A stretch of DNA of 64,000 bases, taken from NCBI GenBank assembly GCA_028534125.1, contig CM052816.1, positions 37,264,001 to 37,328,000 of the forward strand, read 5' to 3'. The stretch is from Lama glama (taxonomy: Eukaryota). The position numbers and the translations under genes are program-made. Shown piece by piece: positions 10,647-23,800 of the stretch. A model generated the notes under the pieces. It saw only the letters and a program-made list of their open reading frames with translations, made no database searches and was not told the origin of the DNA. How positions within the stretch are numbered: position 1 is the stretch's first letter; every line of letters begins with the position of its first letter.

Positions 10647-13616
10647 TCTATTCAATTTTTAAAAATTGATATATAGTTGATTTATAATATTGTGTTAATT
10701 TCAGGTGTACTGCAAAGTGATTCAGTTATTTTCATTATAGGTTATTACAAGATACTGAGTATAATTCCCTATGCTATACAGAAAGTTCTTGTTGCTTATC
10801 TATTTTTTATATAGTAGTATGTATCTGTTAATATCGTACTCTTAATTCATCCCTCCCCTCTGTCACTTTTCCCTTTGGTAACCATAAGTTTGTTTTCTGT
10901 GTCTGTGAGTCTGTTTCAGTTTTGTATATGGATTCATTTGTATTATTTTTAGGTTCTACATGAAAGTGATAACATATAGTATTTGTCTTAGTCTGACTTA
11001 CTTCACTTAGTAAGATATTCTCTAGATCCATCCATGTTGCTGCAAATGGCAATATTTCATTCCTTTTTGTGGCTGAATAATATTCCAGTGCATATATATA
11101 CCACATATTCTTAAGCCAGTCATCTGTTAATGTACAGTTGGGTTGTTTCCATGTCTTGACTATTATAAATAGTGCTGCCATGAACACTGGGGCACATGTA
11201 TTTTTTTAAATAAGAATTTTTGTTTTTCCAGATACATGCTCAGGAGTAGGATTGCTGGATTATATGGAAACTATTTTTAGTTTTTTGAGGAACTTCCATA
11301 TGGTTCTCCATAATGACTGTACCAACTTTATTCCCACCAATAGTGTAGGAGGTTTCCCTTTTCCCCACATCCTCTCCAGCATTTATTATTTATAGACTTT
11401 TTGATGATGACCATGCTGAGTGGTGTGAGGTGATACCTCACTGTAGTTTTGATTTCCATTTCTCTAATAATTAACAACATTGAGCATCTTTTCATGTGCT
11501 GGTTGGCCACCTGTATATCTTCTTTGAAGAAATGTCTATTTAGGGTTATTGGGTCTGTTTGGGCTCATCTTTTTTAAGATCCTGTGTGCTTCCCGTACTT
11601 AGATATCTTTTTTTTTCTGTAGATTTGGGAAGTTTTTAGCCATGATTTCTTCAAATAGATTTTTGATCCCCTTTTCTCTTTTCTCCTTCCCCTGTTATGC
11701 ATAGATTGGCACCTGTTATGTTATCCCTTATGTTATCTCTATTACCCCTTAAACCTCATATATTGCTTGCTTTTTTTTTTTTTCATTTGTTTGTCTGTCT
11801 GCTATTCTGATTGGGAGATTTCCATTATTCTGTCTTCCAGATCCCTCATTCATTCTTCTGTGTCATTTAATCTGTTATGCATTGCTTCTAGATTGGTTTT
11901 TAGTTCAGCAATTGAATTGTCTATTTTTGATGGGTTCATCTTTATAGTTTCTAGTTCTACATTTCTACTGATAATCTTTCTTAATTCAGTTAGCATTTTT
12001 ATTATCTTCTTTTTGAACTCTGAGTCTAGTAGACTCATGAGCTCCATCTCATTATTTGTTCTTTCAGGGGATTTCTTTTGTTCCTTTAGTTGGAAGAAGT
12101 TCCTCTGCCTCGTCACTTCTCTTAACTTTTTCTGTCTGTGAATTTAGGAGAAACTTGAAGGGATATTTTCTTGTGGGTACATCCTTGTGTAGACTTTGTG
12201 TGTCCAATGTTTTTGGTGCAGGGGCTGGTTTCAGATGGACGCCTGCCATGCCTTCCCTCAAGGTGAGCTGACCATTATCTCCTTCATAGAGGGTCTGGTT
12301 GCTGTTGTAGTGTCTAGAGCCTGCGCCAGATGTGAGGTGGGGATTCCTTTCTGCACTGGAGCTGTCAGGGGTGGGACCTGCTGCCCTGTTGTTGGAGTAG
12401 AAACCCTGGAGGATGGATTGGATCAGGCTCTGTTACCCTGGAGTGTGTGCCCTTTTCAAAGGCGGCTATTGCTGAAGCAAGTGAGGCCCACATGGCCACA
12501 GAAGACTATATACCAACTGCTTAAGCATCCGCAGTTCTGCCCAAAAGCAGCCCAAAGCTGTGTCCCCTCCTCTAATGCAGGGCTATGGTGTGGATTAGGC
12601 TGGGGCTAGAGGTCAAGGTGTTGTGGCTTCAGGAATGGAAGTTGCTACACTGCTGCCAGAAATTTGGGCCGCCGCTGTGGCTGACTTCTCCCAAGACCTC
12701 TCTGCCCCAGATCTAGCACCAAGCTGCGGTGTAGAATGGCCAGAGCCCGGGTGCTGCAACTCAGAGAACCTCTGTGTATCTCTGAATCCCTAACAATGGC
12801 AGTTGCCGCCCTACCTGGGCCACACCCCAGGCCTACAGGACTGTCTCTTCTTAGCTGGATGAGTCATTTCCCAGCGTCTGTTGGCCTGAGATTCAGCACT
12901 TAGCTGCTGTGCGCTCTTGTGGTGCCATCCCATGCATAGGCTGACAGCATCCACTATGGCTATACTTGCCATGCTGTGCCTGAGCTGAAAATGGCCTCTG
13001 CAGCTTCGCCCATATCAAACCCAGGTGTCCTAGTCTGTCTCTGGGCAGCTGGACTGAGTTTCTGCCCAGCTCTCACACCTGCCTGTGGTGTGGAGTGAGT
13101 GGGGCTGAGGTGTTCACCCCTTCAGATTAGGACATGTTGGGAGGTGGCAGCTGCCTGTGCAAGGCTCTCTCTGTCCTGATTGTCAGCAAGCCAGCATGTG
13201 TGCACTCCTCTGGAGTAGAGTCTAGGCCTCTCAAGTCCTTCTGTCTGTCTTAGGATTTCCCAGCAGGCAAGGTGGCTTATCTCCTCCACACAGGACTTCC
13301 CGGACAGGTTGCTCAGACTATGACTTTACCTGCTCACTCCCTAGTGTGAGGCTCCACCCATGCAGACCTTCTCCTCCTTACAGATATCTCCCAAGGCCAT
13401 AGGTTCCAACCAGATGCCATTTTCTTCTGTTCTACTTGGTTGCTTGGAGATCTTTCTTGAAGCTTTGGTAGCATAGGAGTTCTGCCAGTTTCCTTTTAGT
13501 TTTCCATGAAAATTGTTCCATACGTAGATGGGTTTTTGTTGTGTTTATGAGGGGAAGTGAGTTCCACACCATCTTACTCCACCATTTTGACCTAGCTCCC
13601 TCTTTTTGATTTTAAA
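10647..13616 (-). mobile_element. Internally deleted L1: 5'UTR + N-terminal ORF1 fused to ORF2 C-terminus + 3'UTR
   Basis: L1-type 5' end GGGAGCTAGGTCAAAATGGTGGAGTAAG at 13600 (minus); GC-rich 5'UTR; ORF1 start MTRQRNFFQLKEQKKSPERTNNEMELMSLLDSEFKKKIIKMLTELR (12116); junction ~11544 to ORF2 C-terminus [29 protein letters not shown]...[10 protein letters not shown]; artiodactyl-type 3'UTR; degenerate TSD at 10647-10663 and 13601-13616. Confidence 0.9.
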
Positions 13617-16139
13617 TACAATTCTAGAAGTTAGTAAAATGTAATCACAGTGAGGGAATGAACAAGAAAATAAAATGGTAGATTTAAAGGCCACAAGTAT
13701 AAAATTTTCAATACAACACAAGGGGCACAAATCTAGTATTTTAATTAACTGGCAAATGACACATATTTAGGATATGTGGATAAATGACTTTCTAGGAAAT
13801 AAAGAAGCAAAGGAGAAGTATCATAATGCTTTTGTGCTTGAAAAACCATCTCTTTTTTTATTCCTTTCTTCAAATTACTAGTTTAAATAAACATAGAAAA
13901 GGATACAGTGTAAATATGTGTGTCTAACATAGTTAAGCATGGTATCATGTTGAATGTACGAATACACTGCCAACTTTCCCCAATATTCTCTGTTCTACTG
14001 TATGTGTTTAGCTGCAGCCATGCATCCTAAAGCTTCTTCAAAAGAGGATAAGTTCCTGTGCATGTAGTTTATTTTCTTTGAATAGAGGAAAAAGTCAGTG
14101 TCATCTACAGAATTCTTATTAATTTACTTACTTTTTTTTTAACATTTCATCTAAACCATATTCTTACTGGCTCAAGTACAGTAACTAAATGGGTTGACTA
14201 CTTGAGTCATCAAAGTGAACTAGAGATCCAATCAGTTAGAACAGAGAGATGCACCTAAGTGCATTTGTCATTCCAGGTACTCTGACCAACTTGACTCTTA
14301 AGTAGACACAGTGATTTCCCTGAAAGTCTAACCACATAGGATGTCTTGCTACCACCGAATAATTAGAACCTCTCTATTTGCTGAGATAGATCAGATTGCT
14401 GGTTTCCAACTTCTTCATAAAAACAGTCTGGAGTAATCTCACCAACATTTCCTGAGAATCCCAAACTGACCACTGAATATCTACCAACAACCAACCACTC
14501 CCACTGGCACCACAGCCCCTGTCTGTGGCAAGCTCTAGTGAATCACTTTGCAGGGAGGAGGGGGAATGAGGCCAGACAAGAGCTCAAAGACACTACCTCC
14601 TCAGTGCATGTATGTATATATACGTATATATATAAAGTGCATGTACATATATAAAGTGTAATATGTTTCTTCAAATTTTGGTTAGAGAAGTATTTACTTG
14701 ATGCCTATAGCCAGGCAGCAAGGATCTCTTGAAAATAATGCCAATTATTTTGTTAATACTGAGACTGATAGATTACAGAACGGTAGTAACTATATGAGAA
14801 TATGTGTATTTCTGACTATCTATTCAAAACAATATTAGAATTTCCACAAAATGTAATCTTGAAAATCTGCCACTTCTTTTCCATTAATGCAATTCATTAA
14901 CATGTATAAGATTTGCCTATGTCCTTGACCCTGAAAGAGTGACAAACTCTTGCCAAATTCTATTCATTTCCAACATGCAATAGTCATGCATACCTAAAAT
15001 TACTTTCTTAAGAATTTGAACTTTTATTGTTTTATGTGAAGTGAGAGTATCAATTGTAATAAGTTAATTATAATAGTTTATAAATTTAAGATAGTGTTAA
15101 TATTCTGATTATGCTTAATATTCCTGAATATGAAAGACAGAAAAAGAAAACAATGGAGCAAGCCAATATTCAGAAAAAAATATATATAGCCAAAATACAT
15201 ATACAAAGATGCTCAATATTAAAGAGAATTTTGTATCTTCTAATTCTAATTAGATTACTGTTATAAAAAGGGATTAAAAATGAAATCCTTACATACATAG
15301 ATAGTACCAGAGTTTAGTTATTATAATAAAATCAAATAATTAAATTTTTGCATTCTTGAAGATAGAATGAATATGTAATATTGTTTGTTAAATAAGATTT
15401 GCTCAGAGAATAAAATATAGTAATGAGAATATAGAAGTTAACATTTTAATATTATTGTTTTCCCTGTTTTGTTCACTGGAGGAATAGCAGCATATGAATT
15501 CAAATTGATGCAATCACTCCCTTTTAATTACTAATATAATCAGTTTTTAGCAGTGTCAGCTAAATAAAGGGATATTTGTTATTCAAATTTAAAATGCTTA
15601 ATGTTCCTAAAAGTTGAGCCACTGTAAGTTGAAAGAATAAAGAGAAAAAAATTGACTTACTAGATTCTTAAACAGTGAGAAACCATAATATCCAGCTCAT
15701 AAGAATTAAAAGGAAAGAGATTCTCTCATTGACTTGAGAGTTTGATATTGTAAAACTTCCTAAGGAAAAATTTTAAGTATATAAATTTTAAATTAATCAT
15801 ACATTTTGACTAAGAAATCCCTTTCTGAAGAGCTTTGCCCATAGCAGTAAAAGAACTAGTATAGAAGAGTTGTGGGTACAGAAAAACCCCCCAAATATAC
15901 ATAAGCAATTGAATAAAATATTAATTCCATGTAATATTTTAGTTGTTAAAAAGATTACTTAAATCTACATCTAAAGGTCTAGTAGGATGTCAATGAAAGA
16001 ATGAATATGGGTTTATAAATTATTTTAATAACATAATTTTATAAAAAGAGGTATGTACAAACTAATTTTATTTCATGCAAGTATAGAGAAAATTGTTGAA
16101 GGATGCAGCCAGACTGATTACATCATTTATATGTATATG

Positions 16140-16450
16140 AGATTGTAGGTGAGAAAAAGAGTATATAAAATTATGTTACATATATTTTAAAATATAATAA
16201 TGATATATTACATATAAAGCTTATATGTAATATATTATAAGTAATTAATGATAACATTAATATTTATATAAAAGAAATAATATATTACTTTATGGCATGT
16301 ATTATATGTTATATTTGCATATAATTTTATACAACATGATACTTTGTAATATGTAGCATAATAGTAACATATAAGAATAGGCAGACAATATTCTACTAAT
16401 TATGTCTGTATAAATATGATATATACATGATAAATATATGCATAGAAAAT
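16140..16450. repeat. AT-rich low-complexity tract
   Basis: Degenerate TATA/ATAT-rich sequence with very low GC. Confidence 0.7.
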
Positions 16451-18359
16451 TTAAAAATTTGAAAGTAAGGTAATATCAGTTGTTACTTCTTAGTGACAGA
16501 ATTTCACTTTTTATTAAGCAATGTATTCTTCAGATTTTTAAAATGAAAATACTTTCCTTTCTAATAAAAATAGAGCTATTCCTTAGTTTCTTAATGACAT
16601 AAAAATACAAATCTAAATCAGAAGTGCTTCTGTACTTCTATTTTGCCATATAATTAAATTTGGAATTTCCATGGGATTCCTTGGCTTGCAATGACATAAA
16701 ACTCAATGCTAAATTTATCTTATGAGATACCTATTGTGTCTGTATGTGTTTGCGTGTGATTACTTCTTCCCTCAGCATAAGTTTTAAGAGTCTTCTGTTT
16801 CTACTTACCTCCTTTTTAATTATGTCTTGTGTCTTAGAAATAAGTCTAGAGTACATTATAAATAAATGGCTCCACTTACTCCGATAATCTTAACAAATCA
16901 AAAATGTACTCACCCTTTTCCCTAAGATTTGCCCTATAAAATTATTATAGTTATGAAGTGAATGTACTTGATGGTATAACCATAATACCAGAAGAACCTA
17001 CAAATAAAAGAAAATTTAAAAATGCAAAGAGGAATCATATTATATTTAATTCAAACACAAAGTCATCTTAATATTTTAGTTAAGAATTAATAGGACTTAG
17101 GATGTATCCGTTGAAACTCCAGACACAAAAATAATTTGAAAACATTCTGTATATTCCAAAATAAATCTACATATAGAAATCTTTCTTCATATTATATTTA
17201 ACCTGATGTATGTGTTAATCCTATTTCAAAAAATGAGCTTTATAAAGCGGTTCCAATGTATTTGGGAGTCAGTAGAAAACATTCCATTAAACAAGTGACA
17301 CAATAGCACTCATTCAAGTCTCACAGAAATTTCACCTTGATAAATCAACTAAATTTAAAACATGTTTATTATAACAAAATAGGCAGAGCCTTTCCCCCTA
17401 CCCTTCAAATCCTAAACATGAGATTAGCTTCTATGCCTAAACGTGGTTTAGAAGGACATTCTTAGGTTTTCCTATTTTTTTTTCTTTAGCTGCTTGCATA
17501 TTTTCTTTTTTTGAGGACAGTCCAATGCATCGCATGTTAATCGACAATATTTTATGCATGCAGAAGTGATGGGGGAATAAAAATTAATACATGGAATATC
17601 TATAGTTATGAAATATTTGAAAGAAAATATTTATATTCATGGTATTATTGTCAGGTGGCATTACACAGTAAAAAGCAATTAAAGAATTATTTGAAATACT
17701 AATAAATACTAATGGGAAAAAAGGGGAAGACTGGCACATAGAGAAGACTTGAATCCATCTAATTTTAGTAAGAAATACTGAGCTTTACAATATGGATTTC
17801 TTTCCCAACATGAAACCCTGACAATTACAGGCAGAACTTCATAGAAGTGAATACATATGTAACTTTTACTTGAAATAGATGTATTGAGAAAATTAAATGC
17901 ATGCATTGAACGCATTAACACTCTAATATACACACATATAAATATAATGCAGTGCAATTTTTACATCCACAAGCTTTTTTAAAATACTAAAATCTGGTAA
18001 TGAGATGAATGTTAAAAGTTACTCAGTGTCTTTGTGTTTCTGTCTTAACAGTATATCTCTGTATTTTTATATTTTAATTCACTTGGACTAAAAGTCAAAG
18101 GCCGAAATTTGAGGTCTTTTGTGACTCTCTGGCACCCATTTCATAACTGATCGACTGACATCAAAGCTTCACTATTAGGTTGTCAGTCTCCCACAGATTG
18201 TGTGTTCTCTCACATACCATGAAGGACACAGGTAGACTCTGTACACTTCCCACCTCCTCACTCACTGTTGTGTGCAGACTGGGTCTGGACCCCAGCGGTG
18301 GGGGAGGTGGTGAGCACCATCCTCTCTCTCACTAAAACTTGTGAAAAAATCTAGATTGG

Positions 18360-18723
18360 AAGCACTGTCCAATAGAAATTATAAATCTAGACTGCCCTGT
18401 GTATGTAATTTTCTTTTCCATCTTTTGTTGAAGTATAGTCAGTTTATGAAAAAGAATATGAAAAAGAATTTATGCATCTATATGTCTGTGTATTTAATTT
18501 TGATTTCCAGTAGGCACAATAAATTTTTAAAAAGGTAAAATCATATTTTAATCAATTTCAACATATGAACAATATAGAATATTGAAATAGTTTGCATTCT
18601 TTTAATTTTTGTTATGCCTTCAAAATCCAGTGAATTTTATACTCACAGAACATCTCAGGAGCAGCCACATTGCAAAGGCTCAGTTGACATTCATGCTTAG
18701 TGGCTACCATACTGAAAGTGCAG
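18360..18723 (+). mobile_element. MER33 (hAT-Charlie) DNA transposon interrupted by a micro L1 insertion
   Basis: AGCACTGTCCAATAGAAAT...TTCAAAATCCAGTG...CAGCCACATTGCAAAGGCTCA...AGTGGCTACCATACTGAAAGTGCAG matches the recalled MER33 consensus. Confidence 0.85.
18397..18501. mobile_element. 73-bp inverted L1 3' micro-insertion with 16-bp TSD
   Basis: TSD CTGTGTATGTAATTTT (18397-18412) and CTGTGTATTTAATTTT (18486-18501). Insert is antisense tail TTTTGTTGAAGTATAGTCAGTTTA plus sense TGAAAAAGAATATGAAAAAGAAT..., both found in the L1 copy at 36370-36480. Confidence 0.8.
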
Positions 18724-19169
18724 GCCTGGATCTTTCGTCTCTCCGCTGCTGGCAGCTGAGGCCACTTTAGTAGGATTTTGCTACCGAGGACTTTGAATAT
18801 TGAGTGAGTAATACGGAGGGAAGTGTTCAGGGCACACTGAGACATAAAGATGGATAATAGCACAGTATAATTGATTCAGAGATGTATTTTCCTAGAGGAT
18901 TTGGGGTACTTGATATATAAATTATCAGATCATTATTGCATGATTTCTATAAAGAAGATTCTTGTAATTTGAGAGAATAAAGTTTTAATGGTTTGTGGAA
19001 AAGGTGAAAGATATCCTAAGATTTTATGGGATAAGAATTTTAATTCCTTATAATATGAATAACAGAGAAGATTAAAGAAAAAAGTGCACAAAGACTGAAA
19101 ATTACAGAACATGATTTTGAAACCAAGAGTGACCAGTTTCGCTGGAACACAATAGAGTTACAGTAGTAC

Positions 19170-19393
19170 AGTGATGCTGCCTGAGTATTAGCCATCCGAG
19201 CTTTTCTGAACTGCGCTGAGCCACCAATGCTTTATCACCTGGCTTCCCTTTTGTTAGTGGGGCACTTTGCAGGATACATAGTGTGAGGTCTGGAAGCAGA
19301 ACAATGTTACTTGGCCCATGTGGGGATTAGACCCTCAGACTTCACCTCATTAGCATAAACTCTAAGCATCCAAAGCGCCTAACTGAAACTGGC
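19170..19393 (-). mobile_element. Ancient tRNA-Ile-derived SINE (MamSINE1-like)
   Basis: TGGCCCATGTGGGGATTAGACCC...CCTCATTAGCATAAACTCTAA is a degenerate reverse complement of tRNA-Ile(AAT); the adjacent body resembles recalled MamSINE1. Confidence 0.7.
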
Positions 19394-19437
19394 TCAAAGT
19401 AAAGACCTTTGCCATACCTTCTTATCTCTTTATTTAA

Positions 19438-19439
<2 letters not shown>

Positions 19440-19482
<43 letters not shown>
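19440..19482. repeat. (CA)n microsatellite, ~21 units
   Basis: Direct inspection. Confidence 0.98.
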
Positions 19483-19485
<3 letters not shown>

Positions 19486-20814
19486 GTGTTCTAATAATTC
19501 TGTTCTGTACAAAACATCACATGGAACAGTTTATTTTCATATGCACTATGAACGTTTTAAAGATAGATGGCTAAAGAGACTATACTTAAGTATATCTGTG
19601 TACATTCATTTTACGAATTAAACCATTTGTAGTCAAAATTTTAGAAATTATTTTATTTTTTTAGAATGTGAGTATCAGTCTTAGGTGCCCTTTCCAGTTT
19701 AGGGATGTGCTTAACTAGTAGAATTCTCCCTGCTCAGTTAGCCCAGTTAAAATAATACCTCCGAAAAATTCATGTTGAATCACTGAGATCTTCAAGAAGA
19801 AACAAATGTCAACCATTATAAAAAATTGAGAAGTTTTGGTACAATTTATAAAAATTTAGAAATATAAGTCACCATTTATCCATCTTTGTAGTATGTTTCT
19901 CTAGAAAAATAGTAAATTTGACTACATTTTAATAGTTTATCTTTTCACTTTTCCAAATCAACATAGCATTCATGAAACAACTGCTATGTTAAAATATATC
20001 TTTAAAAAAAACACAAGGCCTTGATTATTACTAAATCAATTACATTTCCTTAAGAAAAATAAAATTATTTTTCATAGGCAGTTTATGCTATGGACACTTT
20101 AAAATACCACATGAGTGACAATTTAAGAAAATTAGATTCTGAATTTTTTATAGATTGGGTATTAAATGGTAAAATCAAGAAAGAAAAGATGTAGTACTCA
20201 CAGGTATGCTAAATATGGTGTGACAGAAACTAGTGAGTTTTTTCATTGTTCTGGGAAGATTTCCCAAACAGCTGCAGATTTAAAATATAAAGGTGTATTT
20301 ATTTTATTTCACAAAAAGGATAATAATAAAGGTAAATAATTTAGAATCTGAACACTGTTAGTATATATGAGAATAAATGTTTATTAACTGCATGTATATT
20401 TTTTGTCTAAAATTCATCAATGTGCAATAATTTTACTAATGAAACCAAAATTTTGTAAGAAATATGGTAGGTCTTCCCTAGTGTTTTCTTTAAACTGAGC
20501 AATCTGTGTCAGAATAATATTTGTAGAGGTATAGAAATTTTAAATTTAGTTTTCCTTCAAACATTTTTCAACATGATAGAAAAAGCACAAGGTTGAAATG
20601 ATTTAAATGTAACATTTTTATCACAAACTGGGTTTTAAAAATTTTACTAAATTTCTCTTTTAAGTTTCCGTGTATGAGGTGTTGGTTAGAGGACAAAATC
20701 CAAGTAACTCCTTTCCCATAGCCATTCTTTCTCTGCATAAGATGGAGACTGAAAACATTCCATGAAAGTGTTTGCAACTTGCCTGAGGAGCTCTGGGAAT
20801 TTCTCTAACTACTG

Positions 20815-23800
20815 TTTTCCTAATGACATGGAAAACCTTTTTTTGTGCCTAATTGCCACTCATATACCTATATTTTATTTGGTGACATATTTGTTCAAAT
20901 CTTTTGCTCAATAAACATATTTTATCTGATTGTTCTTATTATTATTGAATTGCTGAGTTATTAGAGTTTTTAATATATCCTAGATACATGTCCTTCATCA
21001 GATATATATGCTGCAAATATTTTCTTCCAGTTTTAATTTTTATGAGTGTATTTCTTTTTTAATGATTCATTTTTTAAGTTGAATAACTGACTGACAATGT
21101 GTTAGTTTCTGATGTACAGAGAAATGATTAAGTTTATATATGTATGTATATATTCTTTTTTGCAATAGATTATTACAAGCTGTTGAATATAGTTTCAGAT
21201 GTACAACAAAGTGATTCAATATGATTCAATTATATATTCTTTTTCAAATTCTTTTCCATTATAGGTCATTATATGATATTGAATATAATTCCCTGTGCTA
21301 TACAATAGGTCCTTGTTGTTTATTTCTATATAGTAGTGTGTATATGTCAATCCCAAACTCCTAATTTATCCATCCTCTGCCCTTCTTTCCCCTTTAGTAA
21401 CCATATGTTGTTTTCAATGTCTGTGAATCTGTTTCATTTCTGTAAGTAAATTCATTTGTATCATTTCTTTAGATTCCACATATAAGTGATATCATATATT
21501 TGTTTTAGTCTGACATCCTTCACTTAGTATGGTAATCTCTAGGTCTATCCATGTTGCTGCAAATGGCATTATTTTATTCTTTTTTATGGCTAAGTAATAT
21601 TTCATTGTGTATATATACCACAACTTCTTTATCCAATCATCTGTTGATGGACATTTAGGTTGCTTCTATGTCTTGGCTATTATAAATATTGCTGCTATGA
21701 ACACTGGGGTGCATGTATCTTTTTGAATTAGAATTTCTCCAGATACATACCCAGGAGTAGGATTGCTGGATCATATGGTAACTATTTTTAGATTTTTGAG
21801 GAATCCCCATAATGTTTTCCATAGCGGCTGCACCAGTTTACATTCCCACCAACAGTGTAACAGGGTTCCCTTTCCTCCACACCCTCTCCAGCATTTATCA
21901 TTTGTAGACTTTTTAATCATGGCCATTCTGGCCCATGTGAGGTGACAACCTCATTGTAGTTTTAATTTGCATTTCTTGATAATTAGTGATAGCATCTTTT
22001 AATGTGCCTATTGGCCATTTGTATGGTTTCACTGGAGAAATGTCTGTTTAGGTCTTCTGCCCATTTCTTGAATGGGTTATCTGGGATTTTTTGTTGTTGT
22101 TATTATTGAGTTGTATGGGCTGTTTGTATAATTTGAAAGTTAAGCTCTTGTCAGTCATATCATTTGCAAATATTTTCTCGCTGTCCGTTGGTTGTCTTTT
22201 TGTTTTGTTTATGGTTTACTTTGCTGTGCAAAAGCTTATAAGTTTAATTAGGTCTCATTTGTTTATTTATTTATTTTTTTGCTTTTACTTCTATAGCCTT
22301 GATAGGCTGACCTAGGAAATCATTGCTATGACTTATGTCAGAAAATATTTTGCCTGTGTTCTCTTACTAGGAAATTTATGGTGTCCTGTCTTATGTTTGT
22401 CTTTAAGCCATTTTGAGTTTATTTTTGTATGTGGCATGAGAGAGCATTGTAACTTTATTGATTTATGTGTCCAGTTTTCCCAACACCACTTGCCAAAGAG
22501 ACTGTCTTTTCTCCATTGTATATTCTTGCCTCCTTTGTCAAAGATTAATTGACCATAGGTATGTGTGAAGAGTGCATTTCAAAAAGGACTTTTATTGTAA
22601 TGAAGTCAAATTTATCATTTTATTCCTATTGTGACTTATTATTTTAACTTTAAGAAATTCATGACTAATTCAAGATCACAAAGGATTTCTTTTTGTTTTT
22701 TCCAAATGTTCGTTACACTATAATTATGGTCTGTGCATTCTATACACAAGTGCTTACATTTAGCTTTATAATGCACTTCAAGTTAATTTTTAATTTCAGT
22801 TAGAAGTGTAGAAGGTCACCTTTCTGTTTGTTTGTGTATATATACATATCTAATTGTTCTAGTACAATTTGTTGAAAAGACTATTTTTACCCAATAAATT
22901 ACCTTGGGGCCTTGTTGAAAGATTAGTTGATCATATATGGATTTGTCTATTTTTGGACTCCTTAATCTATTCCAATGATCTGTTTATCTTTATACATTAA
23001 TACACTCTTTAAATTTTTGTAGCTTAATTGTAAGTCTTGATAGCTGATAGTCTATCCATGTTCCTTTTCAAAGTTGTTTGGCTTGCTTGAGAATCTTTGT
23101 TTTTTCATAAAAATTTTAGAAGCAGTTCATAAATTTTATAGAAAAGGGCCTGCTGGAATTTTGATTGAGACTGCATTGTATCTGATCTGTGAGCATACTA
23201 TTTCTCTTCATTTATTTGGGTCCTTTATAATTTCTCTAAGCAATATTGTGCAGTCTTCAAAGTAGAAGTTATATTTATATTTCATTAAGTTCATCCCTAA
23301 GTACTTTGCATTTTTGATGCTCTTATAATGGTCTTTTAAAAAAATTCAATTTATAAATATTCATTCTAGAAATGGAAATATGACTAATCTTTGCATATTG
23401 ACTGAATCTTGCAACTTTCCTAAATGCACTTCTAAGTTATAGTTGCTTTTTTAGATTTTTAGCACTTTCTAAATGGGTGATCATGCTGTTTGAAAATAAA
23501 GACAATGTTTATGTCTTCTGTACAATATCTGTGTATTTGTTTATTTCTTATCTATTGTGCTGGCTAGTACTGCCACTACAAGGTGAGTAGAAATAGGGCA
23601 AGCTTCTCCCTCTTGTTCCTGTGCTTCTAGTCTAGCCTTTCATTTTTTAAGAATAATGTTAAATGAACGTTTTACAAAGATGCCTTTATCAGGTTGAGTG
23701 TATTTTCTTCTAAATTACAGAGATTTTAAAAAATCATGAATGGTAACTGAATTTTGTTGAATGTTTTGGGTTAATATTTATTAAAAATTGTCATATGGAT

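Noticed and set aside
12196..13400. GC-rich region and 137-aa ORF as a host promoter or gene
   Set aside because: It is the antisense strand of the L1 5'UTR and is CpG-depleted
19310..19393. tRNA-Ile gene
   Set aside because: Too degenerate for a cloverleaf and continuous with a SINE body
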